Made by a program: the position numbers and the translations under genes. A stretch of 64,000 nt of DNA from Carcharhinus longimanus (Eukaryota). Numbering within the stretch: position 1 is the stretch's first letter; each line of letters opens with the position of its first letter. Below, one piece after another: positions 24,791 through 37,996 of this stretch. The stretch spans positions 36,939,988-37,003,987 of the forward strand of contig JASCQW010000130.1 of NCBI GenBank assembly GCA_030264375.1, read 5' to 3'. The notes beneath the pieces were generated by a model, which worked only from the letters and a program-made list of their open reading frames with translations, was not told where the DNA came from and ran no database searches.

Positions 24791-27017
24791 TTGCACACTT
24801 ATTATGTGTATTTCGAGCCCTGAAAAATGTGCATTGAATTTAGCACCTTGCAATAATTACTCACAGACATAACACAGCTTTTAATTTATTTCATGTAATT
24901 GCTACTAATAGAGACTCGATAATGCAGAACACAAGTGCTCAGCAGAAACGTTAAAGTCTCTGCCAAGAACAGGCGTGTTGGATTGAACGTATCCTTCTGT
25001 TCCGGAATTTCTACGCTCACATTTAGTGACTGAAGTGAAAGTGCCTTCAAAAATCTAGGGATGGGTAAACAAAGTCATTAAAAGACAGCTGGCATTTTAA
25101 TCCTCTCTTTTCCCTCCTCGCCGCACCCCAATTACCCCTCGCCCCCAAAGAAAAATTGGCATTGCTTTGCTGTCATGTACGGATTGGCATGATGTGGAGA
25201 TGCCGGCATTGGACTGGGGCAAGCACAGTAAGAAATCTCATTTGATGTCTGTGTCGATATGCGTGATCTTTTTGGAGATCCTCTCCACTTGGGGCTGGCA
25301 TTTTGATGACTAATTACTGTACGGATTGTGTCGGAACAACCTATCCTGGGCAGTACCACATCCATCTAAAAAAAGTTTCAGACAAGTCCCATGAACTTAT
25401 CAGCAATACAGGAGCATTTGCTATCTGCAATGGGATTGGGAGGGAAATTCCACCACTCAAAAAGGGACCCAGAGTGCAGCATAAATTGCTCAGACTTTAC
25501 TGCACAGAAACAAGCTCTTTGGTAGAGATGTTTAGGGGGGGAATTCCATAGCTTAGATCCTAGATAGCAAAAGATATTGCCTCTAATGCTGAAGCAATTC
25601 AAATGGGGATGGGTAAGGAGCCAGAACTGAAGTCAATTCTGTCAAAGGATTGTAAGAGTAAGCAGAGCAAGGGCAGCAGACACATAGGAACACCACCATC
25701 TGCAAGTTCCCCCCAAGTCACTCGTCTTCCTGATTTGAAAATATATTGCCATTCCTTCACAGTCGCTGGGGCAAAATCCTGAAATTCCCTCCCTAACGGC
25801 ATTGTAGAACAACCCACAGATCATGGACTGGCGATTCAAGAAGGCAGCTCATCACCGTCTTCTTGAGGGCAACTAGGGATGGGCAATAAATGCTGGCCAG
25901 CCAGCAATGCCCATGTCCCATGAATGAATTAAAAAAAAGGGAGCGACAGAGATAGGGATAGATGAAGCCATAGAGGGATTTGATGAGAGCTTTATAATAA
26001 AAGCATTGACAGACTGAGGGCCAAGGGTAAGATGACCAGGTCTATCAGAATGTTCATCTTCCACTTGAGCCTATTCCCAATTTATTGAATCTCATTCTCT
26101 CAATATAACACACTAATCCTTTCTCCCTCATGTACTTTGCCAGATTCTATCCCTGCTAGTCAGCGCAACCACTTCATGTGATAGTGTGTTTACCATTCTC
26201 ACCAGATTAAGTCAAAAACACATTAGTTTGAATGACTTGTTTTCTCCTCAGTTGCAGAAGGATGAACTATGTAAACTTAAATGGATCTTAATATTTCATC
26301 GTAAGCCAGTGAGCACAATAGCTGATGGACCCTGAAAGCTGTTCCAAACTACACTGGGGCACTGAGGAAAATCTAAAGTGATGGCACCATTCATGAACTT
26401 GCACCACAAGGAGCAGTCGTCTGACAATTATGCTGCTGAGCTCTATCTAATTTGTTTAAGAATAACAGTGACATTTTGTTAATGACATCGTGACAAATTG
26501 TGCTAGAAAGTGTGACATCACAAGCAGCTGAATTTAAGAAATTGCTACTACCCCTCAGAACTAAAGTGACTTTGGATTGTGTGCGTTTCCTAGCTGCTTA
26601 CAGGAGGGGGAGGGAATACAGGCTTAGGGCCGCAATCAGTATTCTTCAGATCAGCTATGATATCCAGGGTTCACCAATATCTCGGAATAGCAGCTATTGT
26701 GGTAAAGGCAGAGGGTTGGGGTGCAAGTTGCTTCCCTGTTCAACACACAATGATTGGTAAAAGGGTAGTTTCATTCATTCTATTCATGTCTCAGGTTCAG
26801 TTTACACTGTGTTCACCTGATGTATGTATCCGGACACAACAAACGTAGGTTGCGTGGAAGTTGACCTGACTGCCACTCAAGCAAGGGCTTTCTGAATGTG
26901 CATGCACCCAAGAGGGATAGAGAGAGATTGAATGAGTTTTCAGGGTGGGGAATGCAGGTGAGCATCTGAGGATTAAAGATAGAATGACATTTTCTTTTCT
27001 GTTGGAAGGTCTTGTTA

Positions 27018-28425
27018 TAAGAACGTAAGAACACAAGATCTAGAAGCAGAAATAGGCCATCTGGCCCCTCAAGCCTGCTCCACCATTCAATAAGATCATG
27101 GCTAATCTTTTCGTGGACACAGTTCCACCTACCCACCTGCTCACCATAACCCTTAATTCCTTTACTAATCAAAAATTTATCCATCATTGCCTTAAAAACA
27201 TTCAACGTGATAGCCTCAACTGCTTCACTAGGCAGGAATTCCACGGATTCACAACCTTTTGGGTGAAGAAGTTCCTCCTCAACTCAGTCCTAAATCTGCT
27301 TCCCCTTATTTTGAGGCTATGACCCCTAGTTCCAGTTTGACCTGCCAGTGAAAACAACCACTCTGCTTCTATCTTATCTATTCCCTTCATAATTTTTTAG
27401 GTTTCTATAAGATCACCCCTCATTCTTCTAAATTCCAATGAGTTTAGTCCCAGTTTACTCAGTCTGTCCTCATAAGCCAATCCTCTCAACTCCAGAATCA
27501 ACCTAGTGCATCTCTTCTGAACAGCCTCCAGTGCCAGTACATCCTTTCTCAAGTAAGGAGGCCAAAACTGTACTCAGTACTCCAGGTGTGGCCTCACCAA
27601 CACAGTCACAACATAACCTCATTGTTTTTAAACTCTGTCCCTCTAACAGTGAAGAACAAAATTCCATTTGCTTTCTTAATTACATGCTGTACCTGCAAAC
27701 CAACTTTCTGTGATTCATGCCCAAGTACACCCAGGTTGCTCTGCACAGCAGCATGCTGCACTTTTTTGCCATTTCAGTATTAGTTCATTTTGCTGTTATT
27801 CCTGCCAAAATGGATGACTTCACATTTCCCAACATTGTACCGCATTTGCCAGCACCTTGCCCACTCAATTAAACTATCCATATCCCTTTGCACACTTTCA
27901 GTGTCCTCTGCACACTTTGCTCTACCACTCACCTTAGTGTCATCTGTGAACTTTAACACCTTTTAGTGTGCCAGCCAAATAAATAAAATCAAATTAACTC
28001 AGGGACAAAGCAAAAAGGGCGCCTCCCTAAAAGAAGGGGAACCACCCGAAACAAAAAGCAAAGTGGAAAGGAAACTTAAAATATCAAATTAAAATGTGAT
28101 TAAAGGGGTCAATAATACACCTGTGGTGCCCAGCAGGCATGGAAGGATCTGCAAACTTTGATACACCGCACTTGGATCCCTAACTCCAAATCATCCATGT
28201 AAATTGCGAACAATTGCAGTTCCAAAACTGATCCCTGAGGTACACCACTAGTCACTGATCACTAACCAGAAAAACACCCATTTACCCCCACTCTTTGCTT
28301 TCTGTTAGTTAATCAATTCTCTATCTATGCTAATACACTACACGTAACACCATGTACCTTTATCTTATGCAGCAGCCTTTTGTGTAGCACCATGTTGAAT
28401 GCTTTCTGGAAATCCAGATACACAA
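27018..28425 (-). mobile_element. CR1-like LINE 3' ~1.2 kb, with an unrelated insert at ~27960-28165
   Basis: ORF 27202..27390 GHSLKIRGSRFRTELRRNFFTQKVVNPWN; RT motifs upstream ([28 protein letters not shown]). Confidence 0.85.
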
Positions 28426-28631
28426 ATACAGAGGTAGAAATCTTTAGAAATATCAAAGCAAATAAATGGCTCAATTGGTAATTAAATAGATTCACAATTA
28501 GTGATATAAGTCACTGCCTTATCATTTCCATTATCTTATTCACAATGTCTATCAAATATAACAACAAGTGGCATTTATATGGCACCTTTGATGTGGTAAA
28601 AGCTGCTTAGGCACTTCAAAAGAAAATGCAG

Positions 28632-28895
28632 TGGGCAGCACAGTGGCACCCTGAAGCCTCATGGCTCCAGGGACCCGGGTTCAATTCCAGCCTTGGGTGA
28701 TTGTGGAGTTTGCATATTCTCCCTGTCTGCACGGGTTTCTTCCGGGTGCTCTGGTTTCCTCCCACAGTCCAAAGATGGAGATTAGGGGAATTAGCAGGAT
28801 GAATGTGTGAGGTTATGGGACATGGGGTGGGCCTGATCAGTTGGTGCAGACTCAAACAGCCAAATAGCCTCCTTATGCACTGTACAAATTCTGTG
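28632..28895 (+). mobile_element. V-SINE (HE1-like)
   Basis: ggctccagggacccgggttcaattcc...tgtggagtttgcatattctccc...ggtttcctcccacagtccaaagat. Confidence 0.78.
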
Positions 28896-29069
28896 ATCAG
28901 GACTCGTTACACACCAGGCACCTGAATTGCTTTACCAGCTGTGGCAAAGGTGCAGGGAGGAGGGAGGGAGGGAGGGGGTTATCACTGGAGTTTCGGACAA
29001 GACTGAAAGAGAGGCAGAAAAAGAAAGGGGTCCAGCTGCAAACAATGCAGGAAAGGCAAGCAACAGTTT

Positions 29070-30254
29070 TTAGAAGTGGTAACCAAAAAGGTAGATGAGG
29101 GCACTGCAGTCGGCATTGTCTACATGGACTTTAGCAAGGCCTTTAACAACGTACTGCATGGTAGGTAATTGCATAAGGTTAAATCTCACAGCATCCAGGG
29201 TGAGGTATCCAATTGGATACAAAATTGTATTCTTACCAGAAGCCAAAGGGTAGATTTTCAAACTGGAGGCCTGCGACCAGCCTCAGGGATTGGTGCTGGG
29301 TCCAGTGTTATTTGTTATTTATACTAATGATTTGGATGAGAATTTAGAAGGCATGGTTAGTAAGGTTGCAGATGACACCAAGATTGGTGGCATAGTGGAC
29401 AGTGAAGAAGGTTATCACGAATTGCAATGGGATCATGATCAATTGGGCAACTGGGCTGATGAATGGCAGATGGAGTTTAATTTAGGTAAATGTGAGGTGA
29501 TGCATGTTGGTAGATCAGGACCTACTCAGTTAATGATAGGACATTGGGAAGAGTAATAGAACAAAGAAATCTAGGAGTGCAGGTTCATAGCTCATGAAAG
29601 TGGAGTCACAGGTGGACAAGGTAGTGAAGAAGGCATTCAGCATGCTTGGTTTCATTAGTCAGAACACTGAATGCAGGAGATGGGACATCTTGTTGAAGTT
29701 GCAAAAGACTATTAGTTAGACCATATTTGGAATACTTTGTGCAGTTTTGGCCATCCTATTACAGAAAGGATATTATTAAACTAGAAAGAATGCAGAAAAG
29801 ATTTGCTAGGATGCTACTGGGACTTGATAGTTTGAGTTATAAGGGGAGGCTGGATAGACTGTGACTTTTTTCTCTGGAGAGAAGGTGGCTTAGGGGTGAT
29901 CTCAGAGGTCTATTAAATAATGAGGAGCATACATGAGGTAGATAGTCAATATCTTTCCCAAAGGTAGGGGAGTCTAAAACCAGAGGGCATAGGTTTATGG
30001 TGAGAGGGGAGAAATACAAAAGTGTCCAGAGGGGCAATTTCTTCACTCAGAGGGTGTTGAGTGTCTGGAATAAGCTGCCAGAGATAGTAGTAGAAACGGG
30101 TATAATTTTGTCTTTTAAAAAGAGTTTAAGATGGGTATAGAGGCATATGGGCCAAATGTGAGCAATTGGGACGGGCTTATTGGTAAAAACTGGGCGGCAT
30201 GGACAGGTTGGACTGAAGCGCCTGTTTCCATGCTGTTAACCTCAGTGACTCTAT
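29070..30254 (+). mobile_element. CR1-like LINE RT and 3' tail fragment
   Basis: ORF 29290..29556 VLGPVLFVIYTNDLDE...SKVADDTKIGG...WQMEFNLGKCEVMH; ends in (tgactcta)n tail. Confidence 0.88.
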
Positions 30255-30980
30255 GGGCCCTATTTTACTATTTTGATTCTAAGTGCTGAGCGGACTTAAA
30301 ACTGGGAATGTTTCAGATCCGACTTTTAGATTCGTTCTGAGGCACCCCCATATGCACTCTGCCTGAAAAAATATCAGCAATTCCGAATCGCACTGCACAA
30401 GCCTGCGGGCAAGGCTTAACACGTCCGAAATCTTGCAGCTCTGATTGGCGCTCCAACTACGCATGTGCAGAGAAAAATGATAGAATGTTGTTCCCTTGCC
30501 ACATCGTTCCTGGGCCAGATAAAGCCTCTCCATGGCCCCCATAGACATTGCCCCACCCCCACAACATTGCTGACCCCCTTATCCCCACATACTCCCATCA
30601 CCCAGACCAATTGCAGGCTCTTCCCCACCTGCCCCACCAATCTCAGGCAGAGTGGCAACAACCTCCCTTCCTCCTACTGATCTCAGACAGAGTGGCAGCG
30701 AACCCCGCCCCCCCACAACCTTCTACCACCCCCCCCCCTCCCCCGGACTGATCTCAAGTAGGGAGCCACTGTACGCTCGGCACTTACCTCCACACTAAAT
30801 GGAGTGCCCGAATTGGACTTCTAGGCAGCATGTTTGTTTTGCGCCGATTCCAGATTGGCGAACACGGTAGTAAAGGGGGAAGTGCTGGTAAAGTTGGGCG
30901 TGCAACTCAGTAAGTCAATTTAAATGCATGCAATTTTTCGCGCCCGAAGACGGGTGCAATGCGATGGTAAAATCAAGCCC
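30255..30980. mobile_element. Non-autonomous TIR element with 3-bp TAT target-site duplication (PIF/Harbinger-like)
   Basis: tat|gggccctattttactat ... atggtaaaatcaagccc|tat, inserted into the preceding LINE's microsatellite tail. Confidence 0.7.
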
Positions 30981-31182
30981 TATGACTCTATAACAGGGAA
31001 AATTAAAATATTTGAAATATAGGGACCAATTCTGCTGCAATGACATAAAAACACAGGACAGAGAAATAATCTATTGTAACTCAGTCACCAGTTTGGATAC
31101 CAGTCGGGTACAATGTTAAGGAAATAATATATTTAAATGAGAGAATATACAAAACACAAGACAAATATGTAAACATTCTTAC

Positions 31183-31200
31183 CTGTTCTCCCTTCTGACC
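31183..31200 (-). CDS. COL7A1: Collagen VII-like 18-nt microexon, first Gly-X-Y triplets
   Basis: ttttgcAG|GGTCAGAAGGGAGAACAG (GQKGEQ)|GTAAG; the human collagen VII helix begins GQKGEP. Confidence 0.88.
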
Positions 31201-31952
31201 CTGCAAAAATGAAATAAGAAACAATTAGTTGTTTTTAAATCTTAAAACAAAGTCCCTAATAGAAAAGATTTATCCATTTCTCTTCTATAATTTGTTTTGC
31301 CATTTGTCTTTAACAGTGTTTTGTACGCTTGTGAAAGTGAAACCTTTGCTCCTAGTATCTGAATCGAACGCAAAGTCAGAGCAGGATACACCTCCCCTTG
31401 CACTATCTCGGTACAGCACCTTTATTCCTAAACTGGGAATGCTGCGTCAGTGGAATATTCTCAATTTTTGCACAACGCTTGCTATCTGGATCTGCAGATC
31501 AGAAATTCAGGTGCAGAGTTCAGGAGGCTCCATTAAAATTAATGAATGGAAAATCCTGTGGGACCCAATGGCCTCCATTCCCAAATTCCCAACATCAGGA
31601 ACTCCTCATTAGGAGTACCAATATGAAATTCTGCTTTTCTACTTCTCATTCCTTGTGAAATAATGATGTTAATCTACTGGTGATCCCTCAAGCTATATCC
31701 CAAGGCCAGATTCATGGCTACATCAGCCTTGAAAATGGAATGGTTTAGTCTGACTTCACCTCTACATGGCTAGCTCTGATGGTAGCAGTATAGACACCCA
31801 TTATGCACCACATCTCACTGAAGTATTGGAAAGGAAATTGAGAGTATGGTATGGAACAGTCATCTGACCCACCAGCAGCCACGTTGCTCTCCAGCCGATG
31901 ATGAACTCTATCTCTATAACAGAGAACTGATAAGTGTCATTTTGAGACTCAC

Positions 31953-32090
31953 CTTCAAGCACTGGGATGCACAGGGACCTTCAGGTTTTCTGACATCTGC
32001 AGGTTTATGCTTGGGGTTTCCTGATATTACAGACTCCGTTCGTTGGTTGTTTACGTAGGTTTTGGTTTCAGATGCAGCTTCGTTAGGGAA
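31953..32090 (-). CDS. COL7A1: Collagen VII-like exon, post-vWA spacer with CxxxC junction (138 nt)
   Basis: cttttAG|FPNEAASETKTYVNNQRTESVISGNPKHKPADVRKPEGPCASQCLK|GTGAGT; phase 0-0. PEGPCASQCLK resembles the collagen VII PEPCPVYCPK junction. Confidence 0.88.
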
Positions 32091-32924
32091 CTAAAAGACA
32101 CACAAATGATCAGAAACCAGGTACTGTGACCCAAACAAAAAATTGATAGAAAGGGATAGCAAAGCACTGAGAAGCAATATCATTAGTTGCCCGAGTGACT
32201 AACATCATTGTATAAGGGCGTGGGCTCACGGTCAAGATGAAAAAACAAGTTTATTGTTCAGCTGTTACACTTTCAAAAAGTTTCTTCATTTATTTATTAG
32301 TGTCACAAGTAGGCTTACATTAACACTGCAATGAAGTTACAGTGAAAATCACATAGGCAGGTCAGGGTTTTATTGATAACTACATCAGATCATTTCAGCT
32401 CAATGTGACCTTTGTAAGTAATTACACTGGTTTGTCAGCTCTGACAAAGGGTCATCCAGACTCAAAACATTGGCTCTATTCTCTCTCCACAGATGCTGTC
32501 ACACCTGCTGAGATTTTCCAGCATTTTCGGTTTTTGTTGCAGATTCTAACCCCCTCAGTAATTTGCTTTGGCCCTACACTTTCAGTTCCTTTGATGCCAT
32601 CCTGAGGATTCATGGAATGACACAGTACAGGAAGAGACCAATCAGCCCATCATTCTTGTGCCAGCACTTTGAATGATTAGTTCTGCTCCCCTGTTCTTTC
32701 CCATTAGTCCTGCAAATCTTCCTCCGTCAAGTATTTATCCAATTCCACTCTGAAAGTTATTATTGAATCTGCTTCCACCAGGCAGCACAAGCTGAATCTA
32801 AACAACTTGTGTCAAAAAAAATGTTTCTTGATATCATGTCTGGTCCTTTGGCTAATGGCCTTCAATCTATCTCCCTTTGGTTAGTGATCCTTCTCTCACT
32901 GAAAACGGTTTGTTTTTGTTTCCT

Positions 32925-33067
32925 CTATAGGAGGCAGGAGGCAGAGAGTGGGGGTCAATGGGTGCTATTCGGATTGGCGGATGGTGACTCGTGGAGTGCC
33001 CCAGGGGTCGGTGCTGGGGCCTCAGCTATTTACCATTTATATAGATGATCTGGAGGAGGGAACCGAG
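32925..33067 (+). mobile_element. CR1-like LINE RT fragment running into the 635-N gap
   Basis: [41 protein letters not shown]. Confidence 0.88.
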
Positions 33068-35064
33068 NNNNNNNNNNNNNNNNNNNNNNNNNNNNNNNNN
33101 NNNNNNNNNNNNNNNNNNNNNNNNNNNNNNNNNNNNNNNNNNNNNNNNNNNNNNNNNNNNNNNNNNNNNNNNNNNNNNNNNNNNNNNNNNNNNNNNNNNN
33201 NNNNNNNNNNNNNNNNNNNNNNNNNNNNNNNNNNNNNNNNNNNNNNNNNNNNNNNNNNNNNNNNNNNNNNNNNNNNNNNNNNNNNNNNNNNNNNNNNNNN
33301 NNNNNNNNNNNNNNNNNNNNNNNNNNNNNNNNNNNNNNNNNNNNNNNNNNNNNNNNNNNNNNNNNNNNNNNNNNNNNNNNNNNNNNNNNNNNNNNNNNNN
33401 NNNNNNNNNNNNNNNNNNNNNNNNNNNNNNNNNNNNNNNNNNNNNNNNNNNNNNNNNNNNNNNNNNNNNNNNNNNNNNNNNNNNNNNNNNNNNNNNNNNN
33501 NNNNNNNNNNNNNNNNNNNNNNNNNNNNNNNNNNNNNNNNNNNNNNNNNNNNNNNNNNNNNNNNNNNNNNNNNNNNNNNNNNNNNNNNNNNNNNNNNNNN
33601 NNNNNNNNNNNNNNNNNNNNNNNNNNNNNNNNNNNNNNNNNNNNNNNNNNNNNNNNNNNNNNNNNNNNNNNNNNNNNNNNNNNNNNNNNNNNNNNNNNNN
33701 NNGTTCCTGGTGCTGTGAGGCAGTAGTGCTAACCACTGTGCCGCCCCTTAAAACATCACCACAATAATTATGCAATATTACACAATGTAGAATTTAAATT
33801 GTAAATCACAGTATACAAGGAAGCCATTTGGCCCATCATCCCTGTACTTTCCAATTAATCCTCACTAATCCTGCTCTTTCCCCATTGGCCTGCAAATTCT
33901 TCCACCTGAAGTACTTATCTTCTTGAAAACTATTACTGAACCTATTTCGGGCAGCTTATTCCTGACCATAAATAAAAATACTGTCTATTCTATTTTCCTC
34001 ATGTCACCTCTTTTGCTAATTACCTTAAATCCATGTCTTTAGCTTAATGGCCCCTCCACCATAGGAAACAGTTTCTCTTTAATTAGTCTATCTAAAGCCT
34101 TCATGGAACTTTCAAAATGTCTTACCTATTTCAGATAAGCAGAAATTTCTATTTTATTTTACATAAGCAGTTAACCTTTCCTCTTCCTCTTTACAGCTTC
34201 TTGCATCATTATCTCTCTCTGCTTTGGTAGCTGAGAGGGTGGTTGAGTTCTATTCAGGCTCTTGTTAACACATCCTTATGATTGGCAACAAGCAACCAAC
34301 AAAGTATAAGATCATAAGAAGTAGGAGCGGGAGCAGGCCATTCAGCCCTTCAAGCCTGCTGCACCATTCTATAAGATCATGGCTGATCTGATTCTGGCCT
34401 TCATTCCCCCTTTCTTCCCTGTTCCCCATCAGCCTTCACTTCCTTGTGAATCAAATTCTGTCTAACTTAGCCTCAAATGTCTACAAAGACAGGCCTTCGG
34501 TGCTCTCTGTGGAAGTGAATTCCAAAGAGTAACGAGTTCCGTCCTTTCTGTGGTTTAGCATCTTTATCCTGACAATTCCCGATTTCCCTTTATTGATGAT
34601 TTGGATGTGGAAGCCACTGTTTGGGGAATAACAGGAATCTGTCCAAATCCCTGTCTGCATGACATTAGATCAAGTACAGGACAAAAGGTGAAACTATTGC
34701 TGTTGAGGAAGGAACCAATCACCCTCACTCTTTATGCTGCCAGAAGTCAATGTGGGTTTCCTCTGGGTGCTCCATTTTCCTCCCACAGTCCACAAATGTG
34801 CAGGTTGGGTGGACTGACCATGCTAACTTGCCCCTTGCTTCCAACAGGATGTATAGGTTAAGTGGATTAGCCTTGATAAATGTGTGGGGTTATGGGGATA
34901 GGGTGGGGATAAGGTGCTTCTTTGGAGATTTGGTGCAAACTTGATGAACTGAATGGTCTCCTTCTGCACTGATGTGATTCTATGGTTCCACGATTCTAGT
35001 AATACAACAAAGCTTTTGCAATTATTTATCATCTTGCCAAAGTTTCTTGAAGACACCCATGACC

Positions 35065-35345
35065 ACGCAGAGGCTATTTCCTCGGGTGGATGTAGCTATT
35101 AGTAGGGGGCATAACTATAAAGTTCATGGTGGGAGATACAGGAGGGATGTCCGAAGTAGATTCTTCACTCAGAGAGTGGTAGGGGTGTGGAATAGACTGC
35201 CTGCTGTGATAGTGGAGTCGGACACTTTAGGAACTTTCAAGCGGTTATTGGATAGTCACATGGAGCACTCCTGAATTATAGGGAGGGGATAGCTTGATCT
35301 TGGGATTGGACATAGCTTGGCACAACATTGAGGGCCTTCTATTGC
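35065..35345 (+). mobile_element. CR1-like LINE 3' fragment
   Basis: ORF 35047..35274 RGHNYKVHGGRYRRDVRSRFFTQRVVGVWNRLP...GTFKRLLD. Confidence 0.85.
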
Positions 35346-35746
35346 CCAGGAGGGCAAAGAAAGTTGAAAGATAAGAACACTATTAGCTTCAAACCCCACT
35401 CTAGGCCATACATCATGCTGATTGGGACTTATACCACCGTTCATTTATTCTAGCTGGATCAAAATCCTGGAACTATCTATCAGCGTTGAGAGAGTACCTC
35501 GCTGCGGCATCTGCAATAGTTCAGGAAGGTGTTCCACTATCAGGTTTCAGTCTAGATCCCTGTTCTGTACTGAGTTCACCAAACTGCTGCCAAGACTTAT
35601 CACTGATTTCAACTTTCCCACTGCATTGAGTGAGAGAGTCATCCAGGAGTTCCCATTGGCTTGAAGTACTATTAAGGTTCATTCTCAGGGTCTATCAGAA
35701 GATGTGAACTATTAACAGTTGATGGACTGTGTTCAAACAGACATAC

Positions 35747-35890
35747 CTAAACCAAACGCCACTCTTGCTGGCAGTTCCACTTCATCCTGTGATCGTCCAT
35801 CAGTTAGCAATATCAGAATGTGTGGGACATTCTGTCGCATCCCAGCAGTGATCTGGAATAATTCCTTTAATACGTAACCAATGCCTCTGG
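35747..35890 (-). CDS. COL7A1: Collagen VII-like exon, vWA with LLTDG motif (144 nt)
   Basis: ttcccAG|(A)RGIGYVLKELFQITAGMRQNVPHILILLTDGRSQDEVELPARVAFGL(G)|GTATGT; phase 1-1. Confidence 0.95.
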
Positions 35891-36780
35891 CTGGGAAACA
35901 GAGAAAAAAAAAATTAAACTCTGAACTCTGGGGACAAATGGGTAACACAGTGTGTGTGCTCAGGCAATAGCTGTGGATAAAGTATATCCCAGACAGAAAG
36001 TGGAATTTATATTAAAGCCCCTTGGACTTCCAGATCTGGAGAAACGTGTGTGAAATATACAACATTAACTAGACCAGTGGGAAAATGAGTCTGGTTAACA
36101 ATGCAAGGAAGGGCAAAACAAATGCATAGGTGAGAGAAGGTAATAATGCTATCAATAGGTTAAAGTTAGGGTGAGAAGGTAAGCACAAGGCCCCCAAGTA
36201 AATTTGCAAATGAAGCTTCTTGATATCAGAGATTTGGGCTGGAATTTTACCACTGTTCATGCCAGCAGGATTTACCCATCCTGCCGCAGTGAACAGAGAT
36301 TTAGCTTGTCGAAAAGTTTTCCAACTTTGCTGCAGCGTGGCGCGAATGGACGGTAAGATCGCGCCTTTCTGTGCAATGTAAAATTATTAATTCAAGGCAA
36401 AGCAGAACAATTCGGCCATACGTTATCTAAGGAAGGATGATGGAAGTAAATAATGGGTGCGGGTAGATAGTGGAGATGGTTGGTAAAAAGATATGAGGGA
36501 TGATTAGTGAGAGAATAATAGAGGTGGATGATGAATAGCTAAAGGAGATTCGATGGGTATCATAGATTGTAAATGTCAGTACCTCAAGAAAAAGCAGCAC
36601 CAACAGAACATTCTGATTCCTTCAGTACCGAGACCATTATGTTGAGAAACTAGATTATTGCATCCAAATTACACCCAAACATAAGCAAGCAGTGTAAGTA
36701 TGCAATTCTTTTTTAGGGGAGATAAGCATTGTCCTTTCCCACTGCCAATTTCATACCAATAAATATTTCAAATGTTTCAC

Positions 36781-36904
36781 CTGTTCTGGTGTTGCCTCCT
36801 CCATATTGAACTCCCCTGATGGCTCTTAAAACCGAATTCCTGTCCTGGTATTGGTTAAGCTGGAACTCTGTCCTGGGATTGTCACTGTAATGAGCCACAG
36901 CAAC
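36781..36904 (-). CDS. COL7A1: Collagen VII-like exon, vWA middle (124 nt)
   Basis: aacAG|VAVAHYSDNPRTEFQLNQYQDRNSVLRAIRGVQYGGGNTRT|GTGAA; phase 0-1; YSD-x-P-x-TEF-x-L and GGNT motifs. Confidence 0.95.
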
Positions 36905-37684
36905 CTGTTACAGGAGATAAAGGAGCCACAGGAATGGTTAATAACAGCTAGAGACCAACTAGCAACCTCACAATAAAAAGCACAACCAATTCTCACTGAA
37001 AGGGGCATCAACCAAGTAGGGGATTATCAGATTATCAGTAAGATTATAACACAATAACGAGAAATTCAACAAGGAGTAATGCGCCATGCGCTTAATATCC
37101 CAGAAATAGCATTCATTTTTTTTGGCTAGCACCAGGGAAAGATGTGGAATTTAGCTGTTCTACCAAGAAGGTCACAGGCTCAATAATTGGCCTATGTCCA
37201 GCCAACTGATCTCAGCTGGGATGACGTATAAAGTTGTCACAACAGGCCTCTGTGTCTCAGGGCTAGAAGTGGAAATGTCGACTGCAATTCCCTCAAATAA
37301 AAGACTATGCGAGTGTGTGGAGACAATAGCCTTGTTTGGTCAAATTAACTTTTTGTACAACCAACTTTTCTAACATTTTTCTGTTCCAATGATATAGCTT
37401 CACTAACAAGTATCGACCAGCCTAAAGGAGGTCTGAATTGGTAACCTACTCCTTGGTTAAAAGTTCATTGAAGTCACTGAAGACTATAGGGCTTTGTGAA
37501 AACCCCATTTAGAGATCTTCCCAACTCAAAAGGGATATTTTAGTATTGGAGGCAGTTCAGAGAAGGACAAGGATGCTTAGGCACGGTGAAGATAGTTGAT
37601 GTACGGTGATTTTATTTGCTAGAGAGAGAGATGGACTTAGAAGGAATCTGATTCAGTTCTTTGATATTATTAAAAGCATTATTT

Positions 37685-37996
37685 GGGGTGGCACAGTGAC
37701 ACAATGGTTAGCACTGCTACCTCACAGCCTTGGGTGTGGAGTTTGCATGTTCTCCCCATGTCTGCATGGGTTTCCTCCCCCCAGGTGCTCCAGTTTCCTC
37801 CCACAATCCAAAGATGTGCAGGTGGATTGGCCATGCTAAATTGCCCTTTAATGTCCAAAAATGTGTAGGTTAAGTGGATTAGCCATGGTAAAAGCGTGGG
37901 CTATGGGGATAGGGCAGAGGAAAGGCCTTGGGTGAGATACTTTGTCAGAGAGTGGAGGCAGACCTGATGAGCCAGATGACCTCCTTCTGCACTGTG
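37685..37996 (+). mobile_element. V-SINE (HE1-like)
   Basis: ggcacagtgacacaatggttagcactgctacctcacagc head, V-domain and ctccttctgcactgt tail. Confidence 0.78.

Noticed and set aside
32948-33775. Long ORFs of 240-256 aa (and similar at 46482-47212)
   Set aside because: Artefacts of reading through N runs.
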